Shown here piece by piece: positions 50,836-61,630 of a stretch of 61,936 nucleotides of DNA (position 1 is the stretch's first letter; every line of letters starts with the position of its first letter). Origin of the DNA: Pseudobdellovibrionaceae bacterium (GTDB lineage Bacteria; Bdellovibrionota; Bdellovibrionia; Bdellovibrionales; Bdellovibrionaceae); contig JBDHWW010000020.1 in NCBI GenBank assembly GCA_039810425.1, forward strand, positions 1-61,936. The letters run 5' to 3'. The notes beneath the pieces were generated by a model. That model saw nothing but the letters and a program-made list of their open reading frames with translations. It had not been told where the DNA came from and did no database searches. Made by a program: the position numbers and the translations under genes.

Positions 50836-51409
50836 ATGGCGAGCCTGCGTAGGCTGTCCAAAAGATCCAGAGACCGAATCCCAAAAATAAGCTTGCGGCG
50901 AACCAGCGCATGTATTTCATATTCACTTTATGCGCCAGTTGATCTCCCACGAAAACTGCAGCACCATCTGTTAACATCATTCCCATTGTCGTACCCAAGG
51001 TGACGGCCCACGCGGACTTGAATTTAGCCCCCAAAGCTATTGTCGCCAATTGGGTCTTGTCCCCCATCTCCGCCATGAAAAATAAAAATACCGTCATCAA
51101 GAAGGGTCCGTATTTTGAATCCTTGCTCAGTTCGTCGGCCTTATCTGGCTTGAGCGTCCACAGTGCGAACACCACAAACAGCGTTCCCAGAACATTGGAC
51201 ATCATCATGGGGCTCACCGTTGTCGCGACCCAATGACCTCCCCACGACGCCAATGCGTGGTTCAAAATCGTCGCCACGAAAATGCCCGCCAAGATCGGGA
51301 CCGGTTTTTTATATTGTGCTGCTAACGAGAAGGCCAAGAGCTGCGTTTTGTCGCCCATTTCACTGGCGGCAACAAGGAGAAAAGAACTGCTGATGGATTC
51401 AAATGACAT
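50834..51409 (-). CDS. TMEM165/GDT1 (UPF0016) Mn2+/Ca2+ transporter
   Basis: Two EMGDKTQL motifs. Start ATG 51409. Confidence 0.95.
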   Translation of the reverse strand: MSFESISSSFLLVAASEMGDKTQLLAFSLAAQYKKPVPILAGIFVATILNHALASWGGHWVATTVSPMMMSNVLGTLFVVFALWTLKPDKADELSKDSKYGPFLMTVFLFFMAEMGDKTQLATIALGAKFKSAWAVTLGTTMGMMLTDGAAVFVGDQLAHKVNMKYMRWFAASLFLGFGLWIFWTAYAGSP

Positions 51410-51450
51410 AGATGACTCACTTCTTCGGTTTTTTATGGGAAATTTTGTAG

Positions 51451-51497
51451 AGTGAGCCTTGCCCCAATATTGCCGAACCAACCACTCCCTGTGTCTA
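51451..51497 (-). promoter_or_regulatory. Candidate minimal yybP-ykoY (Mn2+) riboswitch
   Basis: Leader has GGGAGUGG...CAAUAU...GGCAAGGC. It lies downstream of TTGACG-18-TATTTT and upstream of a UPF0016 gene. Confidence 0.5.
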
Positions 51498-51572
51498 AGA
51501 AGAAAATAACAAACGCCCGTAAAAACCGTCAAGTTTTGCCATGCTTTGATCTTAGTTGAGAGGGGGTCTCAA

Positions 51573-51827
51573 GTGGAAGACAGCTGGGAAATATTTATTG
51601 ATAACCTGATTGAAGACAATGAGATGGAATACGGCGATTTTAAACGCCAGATGGATAGTCAGCTCCACCGCCTGGTGGAGACCTCTCCTCCCATTTCTGA
51701 CGAGCAAGCCCATGAACTCTATAGAATTCGCCAGGACTATCTATGGACCGATCATCCCGACGAAGACATCGACATCATCAAACGCGATATTAAAAATCGT
51801 GTTGAAAGAATCGCGCAACTACACTGA
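51573..51827 (+). CDS. Small acidic hypothetical protein
   Basis: GAGGGGG SD, GTG start at 51573, 84 aa. Confidence 0.55.
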   Translation: MEDSWEIFIDNLIEDNEMEYGDFKRQMDSQLHRLVETSPPISDEQAHELYRIRQDYLWTDHPDEDIDIIKRDIKNRVERIAQLH

Positions 51828-53105
51828 CTCGAGAATCGCCGTCACTCCCATACCGCCTGCCGTGCAAACGGAGATCAAGCCACGTTTGCCTTTGGTCCCT
51901 CTAAGCATCTTGCCGAGCGTGCCCACGAGCCGCGCCCCCGTTGCCGCAAAGGGATGACCGGTCGCCACGCTGCTGCCTTTGATATTGAGCTTGCTGCGGT
52001 CAATAGAACCCAGCGCTTTGGCTAAGCCAAGACGCTTTTGACAGTACTCATCCGACTCCCACGCTTTCAGCGTACAAAGCACTTGCCCCGTGAAAGCCTC
52101 ATGAATTTCATAAAAATCAAAATCCTGCAAACTGAGCCCATTACGTGCGAGCATCCTTGGCACGGCCACCGTCGGTGCCATCAAGAGGCCTTCACCGTGA
52201 ACGAAGTCCACCGCCGCAGATTGCGAATCAACGAAACGCGCCCAAGGTTCTAAACCGAGGTCCTTCAAACCCTTTTCAGAACACATCAACACCGCCGCCG
52301 ACCCATCCGTCAGCGGGCTGCTGTTTGCCGCAGTCAGCGTTCCTTGGCCAGATTTTTTATCAAAGGCGGGTTTTAGTTTTCCAAGTTTTTCCATGGTTGA
52401 ATCACGGCGGAGAATTCCATCCTGGGTATTTCCTTGGAACTCGAAGACGAGGTCCGTAAAGAAACCTTCGTCGTAGGCTTTTGCCAAATTCAAGTGGCTC
52501 AAAAGCGCCAGCCTATCTTGATCTTCACGGGAGATCTTCCACTCCTTCACCATGAGCTCGGTATGTTCCCCCATGGAAAGTCCGGTGCGCGCCTCCGCAT
52601 TGCGAGGCGTATCTGGTTTAAAGTCTTTAAAGCCAAATGCCAAAGCTTTGGCGATACGGGCTCCGGCATTCGGGGCATCACGAAGGTTTAAAATTTTATG
52701 GGTAAACGAGCGTGGAAAAAGAATCGGCACATCGCTATTCGTATCAAAACCCGCCGCAATCCCCCCGTCCACTTGGCCGGCGGCGATTTTCAACGCCAGT
52801 TGCGCGGAGTTATCCAGCGAAGTCCCGCACGCACGCTGAGAAAAATAGGCTGGCGTGCATGGATTCAGCTCGGTGCTCAGAATCACCTCGCGGGCGATCG
52901 GCCACTCCGTCGAGCGGTTCATGACGGCACCAATAGCGACCTCGTCAAGAAGCTTTCCTTGAAGTTTATAGCGCGTAACGAGGCGGTTGAGACTGCCTAA
53001 CATGAGCTCAGAAGTCTTTACATCTCTGTAGTTCGTTCCTGATTTAAAAAATGGAATGCGGGCGGCACCAGCAACATAAGCTGGCTGTTGGGGTCGATTT
53101 GCCAT
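51819..53105 (-). CDS. Acetyl-CoA C-acyltransferase (thiolase, FadI-like)
   Basis: RACGTS, EIHEAF, GHPFAATG, CTAGGMG. Confidence 0.94.
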   Translation of the reverse strand: MANRPQQPAYVAGAARIPFFKSGTNYRDVKTSELMLGSLNRLVTRYKLQGKLLDEVAIGAVMNRSTEWPIAREVILSTELNPCTPAYFSQRACGTSLDNSAQLALKIAAGQVDGGIAAGFDTNSDVPILFPRSFTHKILNLRDAPNAGARIAKALAFGFKDFKPDTPRNAEARTGLSMGEHTELMVKEWKISREDQDRLALLSHLNLAKAYDEGFFTDLVFEFQGNTQDGILRRDSTMEKLGKLKPAFDKKSGQGTLTAANSSPLTDGSAAVLMCSEKGLKDLGLEPWARFVDSQSAAVDFVHGEGLLMAPTVAVPRMLARNGLSLQDFDFYEIHEAFTGQVLCTLKAWESDEYCQKRLGLAKALGSIDRSKLNIKGSSVATGHPFAATGARLVGTLGKMLRGTKGKRGLISVCTAGGMGVTAILESV

Positions 53106-53289
53106 GACATCCTCCGTGTTGTCTATGGCCTTTATGCTTTCTTATTTTACAGTCACTGACAAAGGAATTGTCTTGATCTCGCCGCGAGCAATCAATTGCA
53201 TCCAAAGTGCCATCTGAAACTTCCACGCGGATATTTGTCAACCGGCGGAGTCCTTGCTTAAAGAGCCCCTGCCGTCACGATCACCGCCA

Positions 53290-55410
53290 TTACTTTTCCC
53301 CAGTGATTTTGGTTTTCTTTAGCAACAACGAGTTACTGACCACCGACACGGAGCTCATCGCCATCGCCGCCCCCGCGATCACGGGATTTAAAAGCCCCAC
53401 CGCCGCCAGCGGAATACCGAGCGTGTTGTAAATGAACGCAAAGAACAAGTTCTGACGGATCTTTTTCAAAATCACTTTAGAAAGCCTCATGGCCAACTCG
53501 ACCGAGCGCAAGTCATTCTTCATCAAGGTCACGTCCGCCGTTTCAATCGCAATATCCGTTCCTGAGGACATCGCGAAACTCACATCCGCCATCGCCAACG
53601 CCGGAGCATCATTAATCCCGTCACCGACCATGCCGACCCGAAGATTTTTTCTTTTCAGCATCAAAATCACGTTGGCCTTATCGACCGGGTGAACTCCGTG
53701 CTTAAACTCAGAGATCCCGGCTTTATCCGCGATCTCTTTGGCTGTTGCTTCGTTGTCTCCTGTTAGCATCATGACACGCACGCCTTGACGCTGAATCTCC
53801 GCGATAGCTCCTTTAGAGCTTTCACGAATGCGGTCTTTGACTTCAAAGTTTGCAAGCACCCGAGTATCGAGCGTGAGTGCCATCGGCGCTCGCTCATCCA
53901 CACGGCCCAAGAAATAGCTCCGACCGTCCACCGTGGCCTGCACTCCTTTTCCGGGAAGGGCGGAAAAGCCTTGAACCGGGCGCGGGCGCAGCCCCGCTTG
54001 ACGAGCCTCCTCAATGACGGCATGAGCTAGTGGATGCGAGGAGCCCTGCTCAAGATCCAAAGAAATTTGCAGGATTTGTTCGCGCGAGTAGGTGTCGGCA
54101 AAGATTTGCAAGTTCGTGACGACCGGCTTGCCTTCCGTGATGGTCCCGGTTTTATCTAAAACGAGAACTTCGATTTTCTCCGCAAGCTCAAGTGCTTTGG
54201 CATCACGGAATAAAATCCCGGCTTGCGCGGCTTTCCCAATCCCGACCACCACCGCAGTCGGAGTCGCCAGTCCCAAAGCACAAGGGCACGCGATCACCAG
54301 AACTGAAACCGAGGCGACAAACGCCAGCTGCAAATCCTGCGTCAGCGCCCATGTCGCAAAGAACGTGACGACCGCAATGGCCACAACCACCGGCACAAAA
54401 ATGCCGGAGATCTTATCGGCCAATCTCTGAATCGGTGCTTTCGAACCTTGGGCCGCAGTCACAATTTTAATAATATGCGCAAGCTGTGTTTGATTGCCGA
54501 CGCTGGTTGCCTTCACGCGCAGGCTCCCCTCCAGATTCAAGGTCGCGGCATACACAGCATCCTCTGGTTTCTTGGCCACCGCCAAACTTTCGCCAGTCAG
54601 CATCGACTCGTCTACGGAAGACTCCCCAGAGACCACCAGCCCATCAACAGGGATCGACTCGCCATTTTTCACAACGACAATGTCGTTTTTCTTAAGGTCA
54701 CTCACACTCACTTCGCGAACTTCACCATCAACCTCCACAAAAGCCGTCTTCGGCTGTAAGCGAATGAGACTTTCAACAGCTTCGGAGGTCTTCCCCTTCG
54801 CACGCGACTCCATAAGCTTTCCAAGCAGAATTAAAGTAATGACGGCGGTGCTTGCTTCAAAATACACGTGCTGCTCAGACCACCCACGTAACGTCACGAT
54901 CGCGCTGAGCAGATACGCCATGGAAGTGCCAAGAGCCACAAGGACATCCATGTTCGCGCTTTTCGCACGAAGGGCATAGAAAGATCCACGATAGAATCGA
55001 TAGCCAATCCAGAACTGCACAGGCGTAGCCAGAACTAGCTGCAACCAACGCGGCAGCAGTTCGTGGTGCCCGCCGGTGAACATGGCAAACATCTCCACCA
55101 AAAATGGAGCGGTCAACATGGCTGAAATTAAAAAATGCCTCAAATCACGGCGGTACTCGGCAGCGGCCTCTTCTTTTGCTCGAGCCACATCCACTTCGGA
55201 GTTGAGCGGAAACGCCTGATAGCCCACGCCTTGGACGGCCTTGATGAGATCCTCAACCTGGACCTCACTCTCGGGCGTAAATAAAATGTGGGCTTTCTCT
55301 GTGGCGAAATTAACCGTTGCTTGTACGCCGTCCAACTCGTTCAGCGACTTTTCAATTTTCGCCGCACAATTGACGCACGTCATGCCAATGAGCTGTAGAT
55401 CCATTTCCAT
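53290..55410 (-). CDS. copA: Cu(I)-translocating P1B-type ATPase
   Basis: GMTCVNC, TGES, CPC, DKTGT, HP, GDGIND, YN, MAMSS. Confidence 0.94.
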   Translation of the reverse strand: MEMDLQLIGMTCVNCAAKIEKSLNELDGVQATVNFATEKAHILFTPESEVQVEDLIKAVQGVGYQAFPLNSEVDVARAKEEAAAEYRRDLRHFLISAMLTAPFLVEMFAMFTGGHHELLPRWLQLVLATPVQFWIGYRFYRGSFYALRAKSANMDVLVALGTSMAYLLSAIVTLRGWSEQHVYFEASTAVITLILLGKLMESRAKGKTSEAVESLIRLQPKTAFVEVDGEVREVSVSDLKKNDIVVVKNGESIPVDGLVVSGESSVDESMLTGESLAVAKKPEDAVYAATLNLEGSLRVKATSVGNQTQLAHIIKIVTAAQGSKAPIQRLADKISGIFVPVVVAIAVVTFFATWALTQDLQLAFVASVSVLVIACPCALGLATPTAVVVGIGKAAQAGILFRDAKALELAEKIEVLVLDKTGTITEGKPVVTNLQIFADTYSREQILQISLDLEQGSSHPLAHAVIEEARQAGLRPRPVQGFSALPGKGVQATVDGRSYFLGRVDERAPMALTLDTRVLANFEVKDRIRESSKGAIAEIQRQGVRVMMLTGDNEATAKEIADKAGISEFKHGVHPVDKANVILMLKRKNLRVGMVGDGINDAPALAMADVSFAMSSGTDIAIETADVTLMKNDLRSVELAMRLSKVILKKIRQNLFFAFIYNTLGIPLAAVGLLNPVIAGAAMAMSSVSVVSNSLLLKKTKITGEK

Positions 55411-55495
55411 ATTACATTACTCCGTTCACAGACCATTAGGGAACATCCCCCCAGTTTGTGACAAAGAAAATGATAATGGGTCCTAAGGCTTATAA

Positions 55496-55981
55496 TTACA
55501 ATTTATTCACTTCGCTCAAGATGCGAGGAACTTCATCTAAGTGTTTCTTCGCATACTTGATATACTCGACCGCTTTCACCTGAAGCAAACGGCCATCCTT
55601 CATTTTCTGGCAAAGAACCGGTTCCAAAGGATCGGTGACGTTGTAGATAGACTTGTGTTGCGGCCACAAGTTCTCTTCGTCGTTGCTGCCACCCATGCAA
55701 AGAGGGATGTAATGGTCAATTTTGAAATCCATGCGATTCATGTCGCGGGTGCGGTAACCCAATTGGTCATATTTTACGAACAGACCCCTCTTCTCCTGGG
55801 AATCCACATTGCGATTGCAGTATGGAATCTGCTCAGGATAGCGATGCGCATCTGGGTGATCGCAGAGTTTTCCAGGAGTCAGAGTAGCATCTGGTCCTGA
55901 TGGAAATCTCGCGTTAGTTTGGTATGCGAATGTGTTGATCGAGAAAACGGACAATACGATAGCGACATACAGTTTGAACAA
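55496..55981 (-). CDS. Secreted HNH-type nuclease-like protein
   Basis: TTG start after GGAGGGG, signal peptide, IDHYIPLCMGGSNDEENLWPQ. Confidence 0.75.
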   Translation of the reverse strand: MFKLYVAIVLSVFSINTFAYQTNARFPSGPDATLTPGKLCDHPDAHRYPEQIPYCNRNVDSQEKRGLFVKYDQLGYRTRDMNRMDFKIDHYIPLCMGGSNDEENLWPQHKSIYNVTDPLEPVLCQKMKDGRLLQVKAVEYIKYAKKHLDEVPRILSEVNKL

Positions 55982-56185
55982 GTTCCCCTCCAAATAGTCT
56001 GCCATTAGTTGGTGGCAGGTAGAAACGTCGGACCGTATTTCCGACATATATTTGCACTTACTCAGGAACAATGACTAACAATGCGCCCGAACGATGACAA
56101 TACATTTTACTTACATGATACAGCACGTTGGAGGACATTGTTTCGTCCGCACCAAGAATGGTATGTAAGACCTTAGAGGATTTTA

Positions 56186-57199
56186 ATGCTGGAATTTATA
56201 ATTGTTATCGCCTGCCTTGTTGTAAACGCCATACTCTCTGGCACGGAGATGGCTTTTGTTTCAACTGGAAGATTTCACCTTCGTGAACTTGCACGCCAAG
56301 GTTCAGCTAAAGCCCAACATTTGATGGATATGAAGTCACGGCCTGAGCGCATCCTTTCCATCATTCAGATTGGAATCACGCTTGTCGGCGCCATCGCCGC
56401 CGCCGTGGGTGGTGCTGGTGCCGAAGAGTCCCTGTCTCCTTACTTTGAATCCCGCTTCCACGTTTCTGCCGACACCGCAGAGAGCATATCGCTGGCCCTC
56501 GTGGTTCTGCCACTGACGGTTTTCAGCGTGATCTTCGGCGAGTTGTTCCCAAAAGCGATCGCTCTTCGCAATCCCCATAAAATTGCCTTGATGATGACAC
56601 CGTTTTTACGCCTTTCCGATAAAACTCTGAGCCCCCTCATTAACCTACTGGAAAACAGTACGAACTTTCTTCTAAGAATTTTTAAAATCAAACAGACAAC
56701 CGGGGCCGATGCCGGCAGCGAAGGGGAGCGCCCCGGTTACGCGGTTTCTTTTGGAATCATGAAGCGCCTGAATGTCAAAGACATCATGGTCCCGCTTGAC
56801 GAAGTCATCCGCCTGAATTGCAATATGGGAATTCAAGAGGTTTCCAAGATTATCTCAGAGTCGGGCCACACCCGTTTGCCGGTCCAAAAAGAGAATCGCG
56901 TGACCGGCATTCTGAACTCCAAAGAGTTTCATCTTTTTAAAGACTCCAACCAAACGGACTGGCTCACGATTGTTCGCGGCGCCCTTTATCTGGAAGAAAA
57001 CACCGATATCATGACCGCCCTCAAGATGCTCCAAGGGCAGCACAAACACATGGCCATCGTTATTAGCGCCGGGGAACCCGTTGGCATTGTCACAATTGAG
57101 GACATCATCGAGGAATTCATCGGTGACATTTACGATGAAGACGACGATAATCTCGTCAAGCAACTTGTCCGCTCCCGCGCCAACCTTCGCCGCCGCTAG
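56186..57199 (+). CDS. CNNM/DUF21-CBS (hemolysin-family) membrane protein
   Basis: SGTEMAF, IQIGIT, FGELFPK, GHTRLPV, GIVTIEDIIEE..G.I.DE. Confidence 0.93.
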   Translation: MLEFIIVIACLVVNAILSGTEMAFVSTGRFHLRELARQGSAKAQHLMDMKSRPERILSIIQIGITLVGAIAAAVGGAGAEESLSPYFESRFHVSADTAESISLALVVLPLTVFSVIFGELFPKAIALRNPHKIALMMTPFLRLSDKTLSPLINLLENSTNFLLRIFKIKQTTGADAGSEGERPGYAVSFGIMKRLNVKDIMVPLDEVIRLNCNMGIQEVSKIISESGHTRLPVQKENRVTGILNSKEFHLFKDSNQTDWLTIVRGALYLEENTDIMTALKMLQGQHKHMAIVISAGEPVGIVTIEDIIEEFIGDIYDEDDDNLVKQLVRSRANLRRR

Positions 57200-57209
57200 A
57201 GGTCCGACT

Positions 57210-57752
57210 ATGGCAATAAAAAGAATTTGCGTCTATTGTGGCGCCGGAACCGGTAATAATCCCCAGTTTGCCGCCGTTGCAAAACAGCTGGGCCAGGCCC
57301 TCGTCGCTCATAATATTGAACTTGTCTATGGCGGTGGCAAAGTCGGCCTGATGGGCATCGTTGCCGATGCCGTGATGGAAAAAGGTGGACGCGTGACAGG
57401 AATCATTCCGCAAAAACTGATGGAACTGGAACAAGGCCACACCGGAATCACCGATCTGCGCATCGTCAATAATATGCATGAAAGAAAAGCCACGATGGCG
57501 TCCATGGCGGATGCGTTCATCGCGCTTCCCGGTGGATTTGGAACCCTCGAGGAGCTCTTTGAGGTCCTCACCTGGTCACAGATCGGCTATCATGCAAAAC
57601 CGGTTGCGATTCTTGATGTGGATAACTACTACCACCATCTTCATCAGTTCATCCAGCATGCACTGAGTACGGACCTGATTAAAAAACAATATGGGAAACT
57701 CTTTCAAGTCACCGCTAGTATTGAGGCGGCGTTAAAAATCTGCCTGACTTAA
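57210..57752 (+). CDS. LOG-family nucleotide monophosphate phosphoribohydrolase
   Basis: LVYGGG..GLMG, MHERK, PGGFGTLEE. Start ATG 57210. Confidence 0.95.
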   Translation: MAIKRICVYCGAGTGNNPQFAAVAKQLGQALVAHNIELVYGGGKVGLMGIVADAVMEKGGRVTGIIPQKLMELEQGHTGITDLRIVNNMHERKATMASMADAFIALPGGFGTLEELFEVLTWSQIGYHAKPVAILDVDNYYHHLHQFIQHALSTDLIKKQYGKLFQVTASIEAALKICLT

Positions 57753-57855
57753 CGGCCGCGAACTAGGTTCCTAGGAGCGGCAAACACCTGAATCTTTTGC
57801 AAAAGCCCTGAGACTGTTGGCGCCTCTGATGGGTTTCGGTCTATGACCTCAACCC

Positions 57856-58722
57856 ATGGAATCTAAAGTACTTCTTTTTTTGAGTCTCATCTTTCTTATC
57901 TCCTGCCATCGCGTCCTCGTCCGCGAAGCCGAATTCCCGCAAAGTGAAAGCCGTCACATCATCGGCGGCGAAAACGCCTCGGCAAAAGAATTCCCCTTCA
58001 TCGTCAACATCTGGCAAAACAGCCCTCAAGACAGCTTCGTTGACCACCTTTGCGGCGGCAGCCTCGTTGCAAAAAATTGGGTGTTGACGGCGGCGCACTG
58101 TGTGCTTGAGGACGTGACCGATACGACCGTCAAGACAGTAAAGGCCGCCGAGTTGAGTCTTTATATAGGCAGCGATTTGATCTCGGGCGATGGCGGTCGC
58201 AAATATACGGGAAAATCCATCGTCGTTCATCCGGACTTTTCTTGGCCAAAGCATGACATCGCCTTGGTGGAGCTCACTGAAGACGTGACCGATGTCGCAC
58301 CCGTCTTGATGAACACGAAGAAAGATCTGGGAGCTTCGCAAGCCGGCCTTGTTGCCACGGTGGCGGGCTGGGGGCTCACCGATCCACAGGGCCGTATTGA
58401 TGGCAAATATTTGCAGAAAGTTTCAGTGCCCCTCATTTCTCGAACTCAATGCGGTCAAGACTGGTTTCCACAAAAGCGCGGCTGGAAAATCGAATTCGAC
58501 ATGCTCTGCGCCTCAAGCACCGGCGATACGAAATCCTCATGCTCCGGCGACAGCGGTGGGCCGTTGGTAATTTCAGAAAACGGCGTTACCACTTTGATCG
58601 GCGTTGTCAGTTGGGGCAATGCCTGCCGGGAGGCCGACGTCCCCCACCGCTCAAATGTTGAGGGTTATGCCGATGTCGCAGAGGCCCTTTCGTGGATTCA
58701 AAAAACGATCCGCCAAAAGTAG
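57856..58722 (+). CDS. Trypsin-like (S1A) serine protease, probable lipoprotein
   Basis: LISC, IIGG, CGG, TAAHC, DIAL, GDSGGP, GVVSWG. Confidence 0.96.
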   Translation: MESKVLLFLSLIFLISCHRVLVREAEFPQSESRHIIGGENASAKEFPFIVNIWQNSPQDSFVDHLCGGSLVAKNWVLTAAHCVLEDVTDTTVKTVKAAELSLYIGSDLISGDGGRKYTGKSIVVHPDFSWPKHDIALVELTEDVTDVAPVLMNTKKDLGASQAGLVATVAGWGLTDPQGRIDGKYLQKVSVPLISRTQCGQDWFPQKRGWKIEFDMLCASSTGDTKSSCSGDSGGPLVISENGVTTLIGVVSWGNACREADVPHRSNVEGYADVAEALSWIQKTIRQK

Positions 58723-58734
58723 CAAAGATCAAAA

Positions 58735-59607
58735 TCATTCGAAGCGGATGTCGGAAAACTCCGTGGTCATTTCACTCTCCGCAGCGTCTATTTTGCAATT
58801 GGGAGTAAAATGGGCGACGTCCACCTGGGGATTGCCGACCTTCGAAGGCGCCATCATTGGCAAGTCAACAACATACTCAGACAGAGCCTTGTGATCTTTT
58901 GAAAACACGAATTTCTTCTGCCCTTCGACCCAGTCGAGGCCTAAGAGGACGCTCTCGCCGACCTTCACGGAACCGAGTTCTTTTTCAAAGAGAATATGGC
59001 TTGGATTGCGGCCTGGTGGAGTGTGTTCTTCGCGCAAATAACAAGGGACGTCGCATAACAGGACGACGGCTTTCAAGCTTAATGTATCAGCCGGAGTTTT
59101 ATCCAGCGACGAACGTGCAAGGCCAATCACCGTAAAGATATCCCCGCGCACATTGCTAGGGTTTTTTGAAAGCGTGTTAAAGAAAAAGCCACCAACCGTC
59201 GTTCTGATCAAACTTTGGACCTGATTGCTGTCACAGGGGTCGAGCTTCAGGCTCATGACGCGAACGCGGGCCTCAAGATGATTGGCGATTTTACTGCCAT
59301 GACGAAAACGCGCCACCAAGTGATTCGCGCCCGACCCCGCATCATCTTTGGTCGATGCCCGGGAGTCTAATGAAATTAAAACTTTGCCATCATCAATTTT
59401 AACGGCGTGAACCGGAGATTCCGTAAACGAGCGGAAAAAGACTTTCCACTGAGGCGTCGCAAAGAGAAGCTGCATCGGTTTTTCATAGACACTTTTCTCG
59501 GAGCGCGGCCCCGCCCGCTTTGTTCCATGGGACCGATAATAAAATCCCGCCCCGGCTAAAACAACCAGGGCCGTAATTCCTATTCTAATGGCGACTTTTT
59601 TATTCAT
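58735..59607 (-). CDS. Hypothetical membrane-anchored beta-rich protein
   Basis: Long ORF with N-terminal TM; no motif recognised. Probable start 59607. Confidence 0.6.
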   Translation of the reverse strand: MNKKVAIRIGITALVVLAGAGFYYRSHGTKRAGPRSEKSVYEKPMQLLFATPQWKVFFRSFTESPVHAVKIDDGKVLISLDSRASTKDDAGSGANHLVARFRHGSKIANHLEARVRVMSLKLDPCDSNQVQSLIRTTVGGFFFNTLSKNPSNVRGDIFTVIGLARSSLDKTPADTLSLKAVVLLCDVPCYLREEHTPPGRNPSHILFEKELGSVKVGESVLLGLDWVEGQKKFVFSKDHKALSEYVVDLPMMAPSKVGNPQVDVAHFTPNCKIDAAESEMTTEFSDIRFE

Positions 59608-59680
59608 AAATCTATTCTGCGAAGCCTTTGAAAGAGAAACAACCCTTTCTTTCAAGAATTGTTCTTGCTAGCATCGGGAT

Positions 59681-61084
59681 ATGATAAAAATAGTAACGAT
59701 TTTTTCTTGGTTTTTCTATTTTTCCGCCGCACAGGCTTTAAGCGCGGTGGACTTTGATAAATCCGCGGGCAATGTTAGAAAACTCACGGCCAAACTTATT
59801 GAACAGAAAACAACAAATCCCCCGGGCAATGAGGGCAAAGCGGTTGAAGCTCTTGCCGCACCCCTTAAGAAAGCAGGAATCTCGTTTCATGTTGACGAGT
59901 TTGCGCCCGGCCGAAAGAGTCTTGTCGCTCGGCTGCCGGCATCGTCTACGGCTACAGGTTTAAAACCATTGGTCTTGCTGGCCCACTTGGACGTTGTCGG
60001 AACAGACGATCAGGATTGGACGACAACACCTCATAAACTGACGGAAAAAACGGGCTACCTTTATGGCCGTGGAGTGGTCGACGATCTCTCGATGGCCGCC
60101 GCAAGTGTTGAGATTCTTGTTTTGCTAAAGAAATATAACACCCCACTTAAGCGTGACCTGATTGTCGCGCTCACCGGTGACGAAGAAAGCGGTGGCGCGG
60201 GTCTGCGCTCGCTCTTAAAGAAGCATCCTGAATGGGTTCAGGCCGGAATTGTTTTGAATGAAGGCGCCTCGCCATTGCTGGACCAAACCGGAGGTGTTTC
60301 CATGGTCCGCTACCAAGTAACCGAGAAAACTCAGCAAGATTATATTCTGAAAGCAACCGGTAAAGGCGGCCACTCGGCACGCCCCTATCAGGAAAATGCG
60401 ATTGTTCGTTTGGCAAATGCGGTCAAAAGCATCAGCGAAACCCCGCATCCCCGCAAATTGCAACCTGTGATGAGGAACTTCTTTGAAGAAAAGGCAAAAG
60501 GCGAAGAGTCTCGGTTCGCCAAGCTCTTTCGCAAAATTGCCGCCTCAACAAATCCGGTTGCTGAAGAGGATTTCAAAATGTTGAAGGATCGGCCCGGAAT
60601 GGCTGCTTATCTGACGACGACCTGCACGCCAACTTTGATTTCAGGTGGAACGCGCGCCAATATACTGCCCTCAGAAGCCAGCGCCACTGTGAACTGCCGA
60701 ATCGTGCCCGATGAAACTCCCGAAATGGTTTTAAGGCGCCTGCAAGAAGCCACTAAAAATCAGGATATCGAAGTGACTCTGGGACCTTCGATGGACGGAA
60801 GCCCTAACATTTCACCCACGGAGGGTGAGGGCCCAGCGGCCATCCGCAAAATCGCTGGTGAAATGTGGCCGGGGGTTCCCGTGGTTGCCAGCAGCCAGCT
60901 CGGCATGACGGATGCTCGTCGCTATCGCGCCCTCGGTGTACCCGCCTATGGCCTCAACCCTTTCCCACTCAGTGAAAGCGATCTTGTTCGAACTCATGGG
61001 GCCGACGAACGTATGCCGGTTTCAAGCCTGCGCACCGGAATAGAGTTTTACTATCGTCTAGTTATGGAACTTTCGTCTCGTTAA
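59681..61084 (+). CDS. Secreted M20/M25/M40 metallo-hydrolase
   Basis: Signal peptide; AHLDVV, YGRGVVDD, DEESGG, GGHS, HGADER. Confidence 0.93.
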   Translation: MIKIVTIFSWFFYFSAAQALSAVDFDKSAGNVRKLTAKLIEQKTTNPPGNEGKAVEALAAPLKKAGISFHVDEFAPGRKSLVARLPASSTATGLKPLVLLAHLDVVGTDDQDWTTTPHKLTEKTGYLYGRGVVDDLSMAAASVEILVLLKKYNTPLKRDLIVALTGDEESGGAGLRSLLKKHPEWVQAGIVLNEGASPLLDQTGGVSMVRYQVTEKTQQDYILKATGKGGHSARPYQENAIVRLANAVKSISETPHPRKLQPVMRNFFEEKAKGEESRFAKLFRKIAASTNPVAEEDFKMLKDRPGMAAYLTTTCTPTLISGGTRANILPSEASATVNCRIVPDETPEMVLRRLQEATKNQDIEVTLGPSMDGSPNISPTEGEGPAAIRKIAGEMWPGVPVVASSQLGMTDARRYRALGVPAYGLNPFPLSESDLVRTHGADERMPVSSLRTGIEFYYRLVMELSSR

Positions 61085-61166
61085 AAGACGGAGTTGATAA
61101 ACCACATTTTACCCTCATGCATTGCGATTTTTGACAATTCAAATAGACTTAACAGAGGAGATGCCA

Positions 61167-61355
61167 ATGAAAATGATGTTCGTTTCCACCCTTGTTCTCT
61201 GTCTGTTCGTAAGCCCTATGACTTTTGCTAAAAACAAAGGTGCAAAAAATAAAAAAGCTAAAATGATGCAACTCTGCAAAGAGGAACATCCAGACGCAAC
61301 CCACAAACTCTTGAAAAAATGCGTCCGCGATAAAATGAGAGCCAGCAAAAAATAA
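61167..61355 (+). CDS. Small basic secreted protein
   Basis: GAGGAG SD, signal peptide, Lys-rich mature part with two Cys. Confidence 0.6.
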   Translation: MKMMFVSTLVLCLFVSPMTFAKNKGAKNKKAKMMQLCKEEHPDATHKLLKKCVRDKMRASKK

Positions 61356-61630
61356 CACAGTCCCACTGCACCTTTACTGAAATCCCATCTCGGCTCGTCT
61401 CCAAAATATAGTGATAGGAACTAAAGATGATCTTTTGAAGAGTTTACGCCAAAGATCAAGTATGGCTATCCTACCGACCTCATACTTTTATCTCTCGGCT
61501 GAAAAAGACTCGTGTGCCATATTCGCTACAAGAATATTTAAAAGAAAATTCTCTGGACATCGTTGCCTGGCCGCCCCCAGGCTCTCCGTTTTAAAAGGCG
61601 CCCGCACCGGGGAGGGCCTCGCAGCCACTA

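Noticed and set aside
53290..55410. copA as a dedicated copper supplier for the PuuD cupredoxin
   Set aside because: It is ~20 kb away and looks like an ordinary Cu-efflux ATPase; there is no evidence of linkage.
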